A DNA stretch of 64,000 bases, taken from the NCBI GenBank assembly GCA_033442325.1, contig JAWQFM010000012.1, positions 498,122 through 562,121 of the forward strand, read 5' to 3'. Positions 15,816 through 29,151 of this stretch are shown here, in pieces. The stretch comes from Salpingoeca rosetta. Its lineage: Eukaryota > Protista > Choanoflagellata. The notes beneath the pieces were generated by a model, which was not told the origin of the DNA, made no database searches, and saw only the letters and a program-made list of their open reading frames with translations. A program made the position numbers and the translations under genes. Every line of letters begins with the position of its first letter. Position 1 is the stretch's first letter.

Positions 15816-16831
15816 AGACACACACACGCACAGACACACACACGTCGCAGCGACAACGTGCAAATCAGGGCTGGTTCGCATTCAGTCGTACCATGCACAG
15901 GGCGTGGTAGGTCGCGTCGGAAGCAAGTTTCCTGTCATTCATCCTCCACAGCCGTTCGTCTGTCCATCCGTCCGTCAGCACCCAGGTCCTTGAATGTGCT
16001 GAGAGTGCGGAGTGGCTGGTCCAAAAGTGCAACTTTGACAAATCATTGCGAACGCTGCCCAAATATGCAGAATTGACTGCAAGGGGCTGGAAAGATGTTT
16101 TTCCTCTGTTGGCCTCTGTTCTTGTGTGCGTGCGCTCCCCGCTTCCGCACCCCAAGCCAAGCCAAGCCAAGCCAAGCCACTGAACAACAAACCGAGGTCA
16201 GTGACGAGCCACGAGCAATGCTGGAACGGAACGGAACCAATGGTGCTTGTGCTGGTGATGCTGGCGGTGGAAAGAGAGAGAGAGAGGGGGAGAGAGGGAG
16301 GACGGAATGGCGAGCGTCCAATTGGTGGGGCCTGTCACGTTCACTGCTCCTCAGTCACCTCACATGGAACGAAACGTGGTTCACTGGTCTTGCTGCACAA
16401 CGCTGAGGGTGGCCAGCCCTCTCACCACACAGGTGGTGGTGCATGCTGCGTTGCTGGGGTGTGAAGGAAGACGTGTGGTTGTAGTGGAGATTTCTGCTGC
16501 AGCGTCAGTGGGATTGTCTCACGTCAACGTGGACGAAGAAGAACAAGAAGAAGAAGAAGGAAAGAAGAACAAGAGGAAGGAAAGAAGCGAGTGGTGAGTG
16601 AGGGGAGAGGCGGAAGAAGCTGAGGAAGGAAGGAAGTGGAAGCAAGATTGTGTGGAGAAGCGGAAGGAGAATCACAACAACAGCCACAACAAGCAACAAG
16701 GCAAACAAACCTTTTGCTTCTTGTTGTTGGCTGCTTGAAGCGGTTACTGAAAAGTATAATAATCAACCTGCCACAAACGACAGCGAACAACAAAACAACA
16801 ACCTTTGTCCTCCCCAACCAACCACCAAAGC

Positions 16832-16862
<31 letters not shown>

Positions 16863-17004
16863 AGCTTGCTTGTGGCTGGGATTGTGTGAGCTGTGTCAGG
16901 TGTGTTGGTCGCTCACGGTCCCCCCCCACTGCCACTGCCGTTGCTGGTTGGTCGATTAAAGGTATACGCGTGTGTGCGTGTGTGTGGCGAAACAGCAGCG
17001 TGAG

Positions 17005-20000
17005 ATGGTCACGCGTTCCACAGCCGCAGCCTTCGCGCTGTGGGCAGTTGCACTCGCGTTGGTCGTTGTGACTACTGTTGTTGAAGCCTCGAGCGAGAGA
17101 TGCGAAGACAAGCTGTCCATTGCCATCGTTGGAAGCGGTGTCGGCGGCGCATTCACTGCGCACCACTTGCACAACGACCTCAACAAGCTGACGAATGGCG
17201 ATGTAGTGATCGATGTGTTTGAACGGGAGAGTGGTGTTGGCGGTCGCCTGCAGAGCTTTGTCCACGACAACGCAAACAAGAGCCTCATTGAGATGGGTGG
17301 CTCCATCATCCACCGCAAGAATCAGTGAGTGTCTCTGAAATGCGCCTCGCTTGTTGTTTACATTGTGGTGGTACTCGGGTGACAGACTGTCCTATTTGAT
17401 ATTTCACCACTTTGTCAGCCTCACATTGTACTTGCCTTGGGTCACAGGTACATGTGGAACTTCACGGACACACTTGGCTTGACCGTTCAGCAGTCTGCGT
17501 ATGGAGAGCACTCTGTTCTTGGTGTGTTTGATGGCGACAACATTATCTTCCAGACTTCCGAGTACGATGTGAGTGAGCCGATGTGCACCCACTTGCGTGG
17601 AGTGGCTGTGTGCGTGCCTTGTCGCTGCTTTGGCGTGGTCACCGAGTGCATGTGCGTGTGTGCTTGAGCGTTTGTGCTGTTTGTGCTGTTTGTGCTGTTT
17701 GTGCTGTTTGTGCTGTTTGTGCTGTTTGTGCTGTTTGTGCTGTTTGTGCTGTTGGTACTGTTGGCGCTGTTTGTGCTGCTTGTGCGCCGTGTGCGCCGTG
17801 TGCGCCGTGTGAGTTTGCCCTCTTGGTCTTTCTCCCCCCCTGTGCTGGGGAACAGATCGCGACCGTAACGCGACTGCGGTACATGGTCACTGCACGTTGA
17901 CAGTGGGTGACGATCCTAAAGATGCTGCTGCGGTATGGGCTGAGTCCCTACCGTATGGACGGGGTGGTCAAGGAACTGCTGGACAAGTTTGATGGCATCT
18001 ACGAAGCACAGCACCAACGTCCGTTGCTAGTCCGCAGTCGGGTGGGAGGGAAATAGGCTGGTGGTGCCCCGTGCTTTTGTGGGACTCGTGTGTTGTTGAT
18101 GCACGGGCATGGGTCGTGGCTGTCTTCTCTTGCCATGACAAGACCGACTGTGAGTTGATGATCTTCCTCGCTGACGAACGACGTTCATCTTGGGTGTGAT
18201 CAGGATTGGTGTTTGATACCGTGGATTCGCTGCTGTCACATGTTGGTCTCTACGATTTGACACAACAGGATCTCAGGTTTGCTTTGATTCGCACGCGTGA
18301 CGTCGCAAGCAGCAGCGTTTTGTCTTGCGTGCACCACGTCCCGAAGTCATGCTCGCCAATGATCGTGAATCACACCACATCATGCATCTACGTGTATGTG
18401 TGTGCACATGTGCATGTGTGTGTGTGACTTCGTGCATGTGTGTGTGTGTGTGTGTGCTGCCAGGTCGTACCTTCGCGACCAGGGGATTGGCGATCTTCTT
18501 GCCGATGAGCTCGTCGTTGGAATCATGCGCACAAACTACGGCCAGGTGCAATGCAATGTGGTGTCATCGTGTGTCATGGCTCAATGTTTGTGACCAAGTG
18601 TGTTGTGCTTGTACAACACGCCAAACCCGCAGCCCCGTCATGCCCAATCGCCTCATACTTGTTGTTGTTGTTGCTGCTGCTGCTGCTATTGCGTATTCAT
18701 GTGCTCATGTGTTCGTGTTTTCATGTGTGTGTGTGTTGATAAGGATCTGAACATGAATGCGTTTGGCGGTGCTGTCTCGCTTGCTGGCGCATCTGAACAC
18801 CTGTGGGCCATCGAAGAGGGGAACAATCGAGTGCGTATCGCTTCCCAACGGCCGCGTGTGTGCGTGCGTGTGCGTGTGCGTGTGTGTACGTGTGCGTGTG
18901 TGTACGTGTGCGTGTGTGTGCGCGTATATCTGTGAATACATGTGTGTGTGTGTGTGCATGTGCGTGCCCTCTTTTTCTGGCCATACTCACCTGTATTTAT
19001 GCTTATTGTGGGCGGCATGCTCGTCCTTTTCTGGCCAGATGTGTGCCCGGCTTCTGGACAATCCATCCACACACGTGCACTTGAATACGCACGTGGACCG
19101 CATCGTGACACAATCTGGCGGCAACCCAACCATCACAACCACAACCAACGAAGGAGGTGGGCGCCTTGTTCGTGTGCATGGATCTCATGTGATGCTCTCA
19201 AGTTGTTGTGTTCTGTGCTCTGTCGACAAACGTACCACCGCATAGTTATGCACGTGCACGTTGAAGACGTCACACAAGCATGCTCGCCTCTCGTACTCAC
19301 AATTACACACACACACACCCATCTTGCATGCGTGTACGCACACAAACATACATGCACGCGCACATGTGCCATTGCGTGAAGCAGAGACGCACACGCGCGA
19401 GTACGATGCAGTTGTGATTGCGACACCACTGGAGACAGGGAGCATCGAGCTGAGCGAGGACATGGTGCGCTGATTTTGTGCGAGAGGTGAATTGCACTTG
19501 CACGCGAAGATTTCAAAACTACCACCACGCACACACTCACTCACATACACACACACACATACTCTCACTCACACATACACACACGCATCCTCTTGCCCTC
19601 TCTGGACAGCAATCGCGGGTTGCTGCGCGGAAGATGCACACGACTGTGGCGACGTTTGTTGAGGGAACATTGAACTCGTCATACTTTGGACTGCGCGAGG
19701 ACCACCGCGTCCCAGCTGTCATTCTCACCGTCGAGAAGGACACCATCCCCATCAATTGCATCGGTACGAGCACGTGTGTTGTTTGTTTGTTGGTTGGCAT
19801 GGTTGCGTTGGTGGTTGCGTTGTGGTGGGGTGTATTTCATTTGGGTGGCGGTGATGGAAGCGATCAGGTGAGACGAGTTGGGTTTGTGGTGTTTCATGTC
19901 ATCGACCTCAGCATGTTCGTTCGTTTCCCATCTCTGCGGCCGTTCAGCGAATGTTGCGACAGACGAGAGGAAACAGAACAACGCTGGTCTCTTCAAGGTG

Positions 20001-20119
20001 ATATTGAGCGCATCAGCACGATCGTCATTGGTGTCTCAGCTGTGACCTCTTTCCATGCCTCTATGGTTGCCATGGTTGCCATTGCACACAACAACAACAA
20101 CATCATCATCATCATCATC

Positions 20120-20169
<50 letters not shown>

Positions 20170-21571
20170 CTTCAACAACAACAACTTAAACAACAACAAC
20201 TTAAACAACAACAACAACAACTTAAACAACAACAACCACCACCACATCAGATCTTTTCCCGCCGGCGCCTGGCCCGGGAGGAGCTGGATTTGTTTCTGCT
20301 TGACATCAAGGAGGACTCCATTCGTGAGGTGGACTGGAAGGCCTATCCGAAATTCGCCCCACCCGAGCAATTCACACCGTTTGTTCTCGGCGAAGGTGTG
20401 TGCAGCGTTGCAAGCGCGAGACGGCGGCGTGTGCGTGCATCGCTGTGTGAATGCATGGTTGTGTTGTTGTGTGGTGGCTTTTGTGGTTGCGCGTTTGTGC
20501 ACTGACTTTGACACAGTTTATACATTGCGCTGTGCTCTGTCCGTGCCCCCTCCTTCCTGCTTTTTTTTTCTCACTCCCGTGCACGCGTATGCATGTGTTG
20601 TTATCATCCTATCACGCAGCGAGTAACACATCTCATCCTTGTTCGTGTTCATGTTTGTGACCACCACGGCCGACCACTGCTGTCACTGCGTGCGTGTATG
20701 CGCTCACGTGTCAGGCGTGTTTTATCCCAACGCCATTGAGAACTCGGCCTCTGCGATGGAAATGTCGGCCATCGCTGCAAAGAACGCAGCCCTGCTGGTG
20801 GAGAAGCACATGCGGCGCAAATGCTTGCAGGCAACCGACGAGGACGATGCTGAGAAAGAGGAAGAAATGGAAGAAGACCAAGCAGCAGCAGCAGCAGCAG
20901 CGACAGACGATAACACTGGCAATGGATCCGAGGTGACCAGTGGTGGCGATGGCACGGACAATGCTGGTGGTGCTGTTGATGGTGGCGATGATGGCGATGA
21001 TGGCAATTATGGCGGTAGCACCAGATCTGATGATGAAGGAGCAGCAGCAGCCCCAGAGAGCCCCGAGACAGCGCACGACAATGACGACGACCACCACAAC
21101 GACAACGACCAGCAGCAACATGACGAGACAGAGGAGCAGACGCGCGAGGACCGTGAAGTCAAGGGCAGCGAAGGTGATGATGATGATGCTCGTGGAGACG
21201 AGGATGGTGGTGAGGACGTGGAGGCGGACGCCGAAGACTCGAGCGGAGACGAAGACAGCACCGACAATGACGACAACGATGACAACAATGACAATCAAGA
21301 TGACGGTCACCACCACCACCACGACGACGACCACCACGACCACCACCATCATCATCATCACCATCACCATCACCATGATCAGGACCATGGTGAAGAGCAT
21401 CTGGTGCACGCTGGTAGGCGGCGGTACACAGCAGAGATGAACACGGACACCGACGCTGCTGTCGACGGCGATGACAACCAAGCTGGTGGTGATGGTGATG
21501 GTGGTGCATCGAGCCATCACGACATTCCCGTGATTCCGCAGCCAACGCAGCGCCGGCGGCCACTCAACTGA
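17005..21571 (+). CDS. PCYOX1: Prenylcysteine oxidase/lyase with signal peptide and a long acidic/His-rich C-terminal tail; multi-exon
   Basis: Signal peptide; FAD motif IAIVGSGVGG; FERESGVGGRL..IEMGGSIIHRKN; MRTNYGQ; MNAFGGAVSLAGA; YDAVVIATPLE; DWKAYPKF; YPNAIENSASAMEMSAIAAKNAALL. Confidence 0.92.
17671..17780 (+). repeat. 9-bp tandem repeat (TTTGTGCTG)n in a PCYOX1 intron
   Basis: About 9 perfect copies followed by degenerate ones. Confidence 0.9.
20088..20240 (+). repeat. (CAA)n repeat with CTTAAA interruptions in a PCYOX1 intron
   Basis: Directly visible. Confidence 0.9.
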
Positions 21572-22070
21572 TGCTCATGCATGTGCTTTTGTGTGTACGT
21601 ATGTGTGTGTATGGGTGTGTACGTGTGTACGTGCGTGTATGCGTGTGTATGTGGTTTTGTGCATGCACGTGTGTGTGTGTGTGTTGCTGCGAATACATTT
21701 GTTGCGGACAATGATGAACTCGAGTTGACACGATGGAATGCATCGCTTTCGCGGAGAACAACAGCAGCAGCAATACTGGTGCACAAGCAGGAGAACGAAA
21801 GTCGATGAAACACAAAACAAGAATGCACATGCATGCAATTCATGCACATGGTGGAGGAGGGAGTGGTTGTTCATTAACGCACGTGCAGGAGGGGGGGGGG
21901 GCGAGCGTTGAAGATGAGCAAGATACGTACACGCAGGGGAAACATGGAGTGATGGGGATGGTGCGACACTGCTGATGCAGTGTGTGACAACGAACAAACA
22001 ATACAAGGCCAACAAACAGCGACAGACATGGCTTGCGATAGTGTGATTGTGCGTGTGTGATTGTGCGTGA

Positions 22071-23332
22071 TTACGCGCAGGAGCAGGACGCCATGTCGTC
22101 AATCTCCAAATCGGGACAGTACTGCAGAAATGCATGCAAGCAAATTAGGTTGGAGGTGGACGAAAGGAGGGGCGTGATGTGGCACGTGAGCTGATAAACA
22201 ACCAAAAAAGGCACAGCGAGAGCAAGAACAGTGGCATGGGACGTGTGTGTTGGTACCGAGCGCATGGAGGAACTGATGCACAGGAACATCAGAGTTCACT
22301 TACAGTCGTTGAGAGTTCAACCAACAGCGGACCGTCGTCCTGTGGCGACAACCCTGTTGTTCGCACACGCATACAATAGAGAGACAGCACGACGGGTGGC
22401 TCGGTGAGGGATGTAAGTTTCAGACCCAAGTGGTCAAGCAATTGCGTGGGAGTGAGCTCGTTGTGTGGCACATTGCCTGCAAGCATCCGTACCAACGGCG
22501 ATTACGTCCTCCTTTGTGATTCTTCGATCTGGCCGTGCGGACGCAGCTTCCAATGCAGCGAAAATGCGGTTGTTCATCTCAGCAAAAAACCTGCGAACGC
22601 ACACACACACACACACAATCACGTCAGTGAACTGTAGTTCTGTGCGTGTGCGCGCGCACATGCGATAATATACACGCGCACACATGCGCGTGTGTGTACA
22701 TCCTCAACCTGCCACCACACCAACACACAACACCACAACATTGCATCACCTGATGTAGCAGTCCTCCTGGCTGTAAAACTGCTTCTCCGAGTTCACGGAA
22801 ATGTGCGGATCTGATGGCGACAGCATCAGTCTGCTCATGCACACGCGAAGCAAGGTGGTGGAGGTGGTAGTCGTGGTAGAGGGAGGGGGTGAAGGTGGTG
22901 GTGGTGAGTAGGAAGGCAAGGGAGGCGGTGGTGATCAGCTGGGCATTCGCGCACATTATGTGCATGGGTTTATGCCATGTGTGTGTGTGCGTGCGTGCGT
23001 GCGTGGGAGGCAACAGAGCCCTGTAGTGCAAGTACAAGTGCACGCACCGCTTGTAGCGGTCCTTGTCTGCTGCCGTGAGTTTGAGGAGCGAGCCGACATT
23101 CGCACCAGGCAGCATCTGGTACAGATTCGGGAGAAGACAGGTTGGTAGGGTGATGTAACGGTATTGTGATGGACAGATGGGGTGTGAAGAGAATCAAGAA
23201 TGGTAATGGTCAGGCGGACGTGCAAAGACAGGCAGACGGAAAGACTGTGAAAACCTTCAAACACACATAATCGACAGCACACACACACACACACGTAGAC
23301 ACATAAACACATACGCACACACGCACACACAT

Positions 23333-23389
<57 letters not shown>

Positions 23390-24579
23390 CACAAATGTCA
23401 CGGCACCTTGTCATCTGGAAACACAAACGCGTCAAAGAGGGAGGTCTTGAGCTCAAAGACCGTTTCCGTGACGCAGCAGATGTAGTTTGAGTGGGTTGAC
23501 ATCCACGGAATGTCCGAGAGATTTGCATACAGGAACGGGCGCGCTTGCGTGTGTGCAAACGACGCGATTGTGTGGGAGCCCAGGGCGCAGCACGCATACA
23601 CTGCGCGTTGGTGGTGGTGAAGGCGATGGTGGTGATGACGATGGTGAGAAGGCATGTGGTGTCAATCTATGGTTCGCATGTACATTCGTGAGTGTGTGCA
23701 TGTGAACGAGGCAGTGGCGGTGGGCAACTGCGTGCAGCAGCACCAGTTTGCGCGAGTGAGAGATCGTGTGTGCCAAGGTGCATGCTGCCTGCGCCCACCT
23801 TGCTGGCACTGCGGATCTACGGGCGGGGAAGTGAGAAACATCACACGCTTCTGCAGCAGAACCTGTGACAGTGACAAACAGATGAAATAGATGGATGGAT
23901 GGATGGATGGGTGGATGGAGTGGGGTTGGTGGTTCGATAAGTGGGTGATGTATTGGTTGCTGTGTACTGCAATGAAGAGGAGGAGGAGGATGAAGAAGAA
24001 GACAAGCGCTATCTGATGCAAACTGCAACCAGCACTGCCACCACCAGCAGCAACCACAGCCGTCGTGACTGTTGAGCGCCGACCAGTTTCCAGAGGATCA
24101 TGATTCGACGACCAAAGCGGCGGACGAGCTCAGACAGCGATCCTTCCTCGTGCCGCAACTGCAGGCCGTCGTGGTCACGGCGATGGTGGTGGTGATGATG
24201 GTGGTGGTGGTGGTGGTGAATATAAAGGGGAAGAAGCGACAGCGCAGATTACGCGGTGCCAACAGCGACTCACACATACAGAAGCAGCCAAACAGCCAAA
24301 CAGCCATGCAGCCATGCACAAGACGTACGACGAGGATCTGGTTTGAGTGCTCGGCCTCGCGGACGACCGAGCGGTCAAGATTCCACACGGGCGAGCGCAC
24401 CTCAACCACCCGCGCACCCGCACTACACGCACACATATGGGGACACATGCATGCACATGCGTACACAGGCACATGATGGTCATTGTGTGAGATGGCAGAA
24501 AGACAAGGAATGGAAAGCACGAACACACGTACACACACACAGACACACGTACACACACACACACACACACACAGACACA

Positions 24580-24618
<39 letters not shown>

Positions 24619-24619
24619 A

Positions 24620-24651
<32 letters not shown>

Positions 24652-24887
24652 ACAACAACAACAACAACAACGCACGCTTGATCGTTTGTTGCTTCTGCTG
24701 CCTTTTGGTCCTCAAAGTACTGTTTGAGTTCGCTGTAGTCGTCATCGTCAGTCACGAGGTGTTTCTGCATCAGGGGGCACCACATGACATAAGCACCGTG
24801 TGGTTGTGAATTGTGAATGGGCACATCGCTGGCAAGCACCGCTGTGTGTTCTGCGCAACGACAGACACAAAGGCGCTCGGATAACCA

Positions 24888-24979
<92 letters not shown>

Positions 24980-25317
24980 CCTGGCATTGATCCCTGAGGA
25001 AGCTGCGATGGCGATGAAGGAAATCCGGAGATGTGCAGACAACACCGACACTGCACGCGCGCAGCCCTCGGGCAGCCTGGGCATCTTTGATGGTCTTGAA
25101 GCAACTCACCATGTACATCCCTTCAGCCAAGAACCCATACCTGCAAAACCAGGTTATGGTGTGTGGGGGTGGCGCATTGTGGTGTGAAGTGTGTTGGATT
25201 CAGCGCGTGTGTAAAGGAACCACGATGCGCCAAGCGCAAGCATGAACACCACGAAGATGATGAGACACACTCAACAGCCATCCGTCTCCCCCTCGTTCCT
25301 CCTTTATCCCTCTGTGC

Positions 25318-25348
<31 letters not shown>

Positions 25349-26009
25349 GGAAATCAACTCACGGAAAGTCTTCCAATACGGAGTGTGATCCCGATGGCAT
25401 GGCCTGATACAAACGCACAGGACCGGACACCAAACAAGCGATCACCACACGATGTTGATTATCAGCAAGCAAGCAATGATGAGCCAACCCATCCACACAC
25501 ACACACATACATACACACGTGCACACACACACATACACACGTGCACACACACATGCGCACAGCGACAGCGACAACATCATCATCAACAGCAGCAGCGGCG
25601 TACCTTGAACTCCACGAAGGGCAGCTCAACGTCGTTTGGATATTGCCATCTCAGGGAGTTGCCTTGTCATAGGAAACAGATCAAAAGTGCAAGCACCGCC
25701 CCCGCCACAACCCGCGTTTGGTGAGTGTGCCACCCACTCTCACAAGACATATCAGCACGCGGCACGCGCTGCGCATGCCTGGATGAGTGTGTCCGCCCCA
25801 CGTTCCACGTTGATCCATCATCGCACACAAGCCACAACACAGCCCAACAACCCCAACCATAACACACACGACAAGCGCACAGACAAGCCACCACCACCAC
25901 CAACACCTCCTATTTGCACCCCCCTCTCACCACATCATGTGTCCCACTCACCTTTGAGCGCGTCAAAGTCGACCACAAACACGGCCACGACCTCTGTCTT
26001 CGCTTCCAT
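22071..26009 (-). CDS. DENND11: DENN domain-containing protein 11 (LCHN/KIAA1147-like); multi-exon
   Basis: VVAVFVVDFDALKG|NSLRWQYPNDVELPFVEFK|AMPSGSHSVLEDF, RGLRACSVGVV, VLLQKRVMFLTSPPV, RPFLYANLSDI..YICCVTETVFE, FFAEMNNRIFAALE. Confidence 0.88.
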
Positions 26010-26171
26010 CGCGCTGCTCGTCGGCTGCTGGTGATGACGATGATGTGTTGTTGTTGTTGCTGTGCTGTTTGTGAGCGGTATCCAATCGTTGCCGATAATT
26101 CGCCATGAAATTGATTACTTTTCAACACACGGACTCGCAACGGAGCAGTTTGGTGTGCTGTTGTTGTTGTG

Positions 26172-27642
26172 ATGGTGGGTGGGCGAGGAGCGAGTGCAAC
26201 CACGGGTGGAGGTGGTGCTGGTGGTGCTGGACGAGGTGGGGTGCGGTCTGGAAACAAGCGGCGATCACCGCTGCTCCGTGCTGGGGGCAAAGGCGTGTCA
26301 TTTCCGTCGACTTCGGGCCCCGCGGCTGCGTCTGACGTGTACAACGAGGATTATCGCCGGCGCCACGCACGCCTGCACCACCACCACGTGCTGCAGAACG
26401 AGACAGCCTGGTCCGTCATGTGCTCCAGCCTGTCGTGGAAGATGCTCTCGGTGGCCCTGGTCATCACGCTTGTGCTCTACGCGGCAATCCTCACCACGAG
26501 CAAGCAACCCACCGGCACTGGCCGCTCGGTGGTCGCCGTGCAGAACGACGCACAGCCGGGTGTGCTTGGGCGGCACGGTGCAGCGCTCAGCAGCGGCTCG
26601 GCAGGCCAAAGCATATCCGGCAGCAGCGATGGCAGTCAGAGTGGGAGCAGCAGCCGCAGCAGCACTGGAATCAAGACTCATCACAGCAAGGGCAAGAACA
26701 GTTTCAGTGCACACAAGCAGAGGAAAAAGGCCGGCGGAGAGCAAAGCAACAGCAGGATACCGGGCGTGCCAGAATCCAAGCCCGCAGGTGACGAGCGAGT
26801 CACACGCAAGGGATGCTCCGCCATATCCATGCCGCCGACCACGGAGGTTGGCATCTTCTTCGACTGCAACCTCAAGCGGGCGCCGTCACGTCTGGAGCAG
26901 CTCACGCGCCTTCAGCTCCTGGATCTTGGCAGGAACGGGCTGACGACTGTCCCGCAGCATGCGCTGTCGCTGCCGCAGCTGGAGATTCTGTTTCTCAGCG
27001 GAAACGAGATTGCCAGCGTGGAGGCAGATGCGCTGGCAGCGGCGCTAAAGCTGCGCGTGTTGAGCTTAAAGGGCAACCGTCTTGCCACGTTTGACGGCCG
27101 CGCGGCGTCTCCACACCTCGAGCAACTCATCCTGACCGACAACAAGATCACCGAGCTGGTGGACCTGACGTTCCGACGCACGAACCTTCGCAAGCTCATG
27201 CTCACCCGCAACAGCCTCAACCACCTCCCACGCGACTTCACCGGCATGCGGCGGTTGGAGCTTGTGCGTCTCTCCCACAACGAGCTCACCGCGTTGCCTG
27301 CAGGCATGTTCAGCATGCCGCGGCTGTGTTGGGTGGCGCTCGCTGGGAACCCTGTGCTGGGGCAGGCACCAGCATCTCAGCAGCCGCAGACGATTGACGC
27401 GTCGCAACTCAGGATGGGAGAGGTGCTGGGCGAGGGCACGAGCGGTGTTGTGCATCGTGGCACATACAAGGGTGCTGCAGTCGCCGTGAAGCTCTTCAAG
27501 TCGCAGTCGTCTGACGGCAGCTTTTGGGTGTGTGAACATGCGCGTGCGTGTGCGTGTGTGTGTGTGTGTGGGGGGGGGGGGGGGCTTTGGCATGTGTGTG
27601 TGTGCGTGCGTGTGTGTGTGTGTGCGTGCGTGTGTGTGTATG

Positions 27643-27674
<32 letters not shown>

Positions 27675-29151
27675 CGTGCGTGCGTGTGTGTGTGTGTGCG
27701 TGCGTGCGTGTGTGTGCGTGTGTTTGTCTTGTAGTGTGCATGCTACGCATGTGATTTGCTTTGCTTCCTGACTGCTCACACCCTGTCTATATGTGATGGT
27801 TTAAGGATGAGATGGCAATTGCGAAACTGTTTCGACACCCCAACATCACAGCCGTGCACGGCATCATCACCAAACCACAACCAGGTGAAGCGCCATTTGC
27901 ATGCCTGCAAGCAGCAATCGGGCGTGTGTGCTGTTGTATGCGTGTAGCATGAAAGTGCATGCGTGTGTGTTCAAATCATCAGCTTCAACGGTTGAGCCAC
28001 ATCGTCGACATGGCTGCTGTTTGCCGTTTTGTTTGTTCATCACTCCATCATTCTCACACAATCTCACACAATCCACTTCGTCCGTATGCCATTACATCCT
28101 TGTGATTGCGTTTGTTGTTGTGTTGCCGTTTTGTTTTGCCTGCAGGCATGGTGCTGGAGTATCTCAGCGACGATTTCCAGCCGCTGGCTTCACCGCCGGA
28201 CGCATGGACGACACTGCGCTGCACATATCCCGCAGAGCTCGAGCTCACGCCGCAACACACCCTCGCCATACTCGCAGGTGCAGGGGTGGTGTGACGCAGC
28301 GTGTGTGTGTTTGCATGCGGGGTTTTTTTTTGTGTGTGTGCAAGTTCATAGCAGGGCGGATCTTCTGTACATGTGCTCACCATCTCTGTGCGGTCTCCTG
28401 CTCTGATCAGCGCTTGCCGATGCCCTGGCGCACGTGCACTCGCACCAGGTCGCACACGGCGACATCTATGCACACAACATCCTCTACAACCCCAATACAG
28501 GTGGGGTCATGTGCTGTTGTGCGTGTGTTTGCAACTCTTGAGGAGCGAATGCGGCAGCACGAACTGCGCACATTCCATGATGCACCACCTCGCTCACTCA
28601 TCCCCCCACCGCCATTGTGATTGCCATCAGGGGAAGTGCGGTTGTCTGACTTTGGGGCGGCGTGGTCGTATGCAAATCTGCCTCCGTCTGACCATCCCCT
28701 CATTGAACGGCAGGAGATGCGTGCCTTCGGCATCTTGATCAAGGTGAGATGGTGGTGGCACGGCCATGATGTGTGATGGAGCGGGAAAAACGAAAGGAGG
28801 GTGGATTGTACACATGCACATGCTTGAGTTGTTTGGCCCTGTCTGACTGCCTCTCTGTCTCCCTGTCTGCCTGTCTGTCTGTCCGTGTGTGTGTGTGTGT
28901 GTCTGTGTGTCTGTGTGTCTGTGTGTCTGTCTCTCTCCACACGCTCCTTCCCTCGTTCACACACACGCATGTCAATTCCTCAATCACTCAAACCGATGCA
29001 GGAGTTACTTGCACGCACGCACTTCTCCACGTCCTCCCACGTGCCAATTCGTCGAGTCTTGAGCGAAGTGGCGCAGGACTGCACACTCGCACTCGTTGCC
29101 CGGCGCCCGAGCTTTGCTCATGTCGCAAACACCCTCACCGCCCTCATGTGA
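26172..29151 (+). CDS. Membrane-anchored leucine-rich-repeat protein kinase (bacterial LRR-kinase type); multi-exon
   Basis: TM segment [17 protein letters not shown]; about 7 LxxLxLxxNxL repeats. Kinase motifs [63 protein letters not shown]. Confidence 0.88.

Noticed and set aside
17671-17810. Tandem repeats considered as a CRISPR-like array
   Set aside because: No unique spacers and no cas genes; a simple minisatellite in a eukaryotic intron.
17005-26009. Pathway cluster of prenylcysteine oxidase with a CaaX-like DENND11
   Set aside because: Adjacency alone; convergent genes in a compact genome with no evidence of co-regulation.
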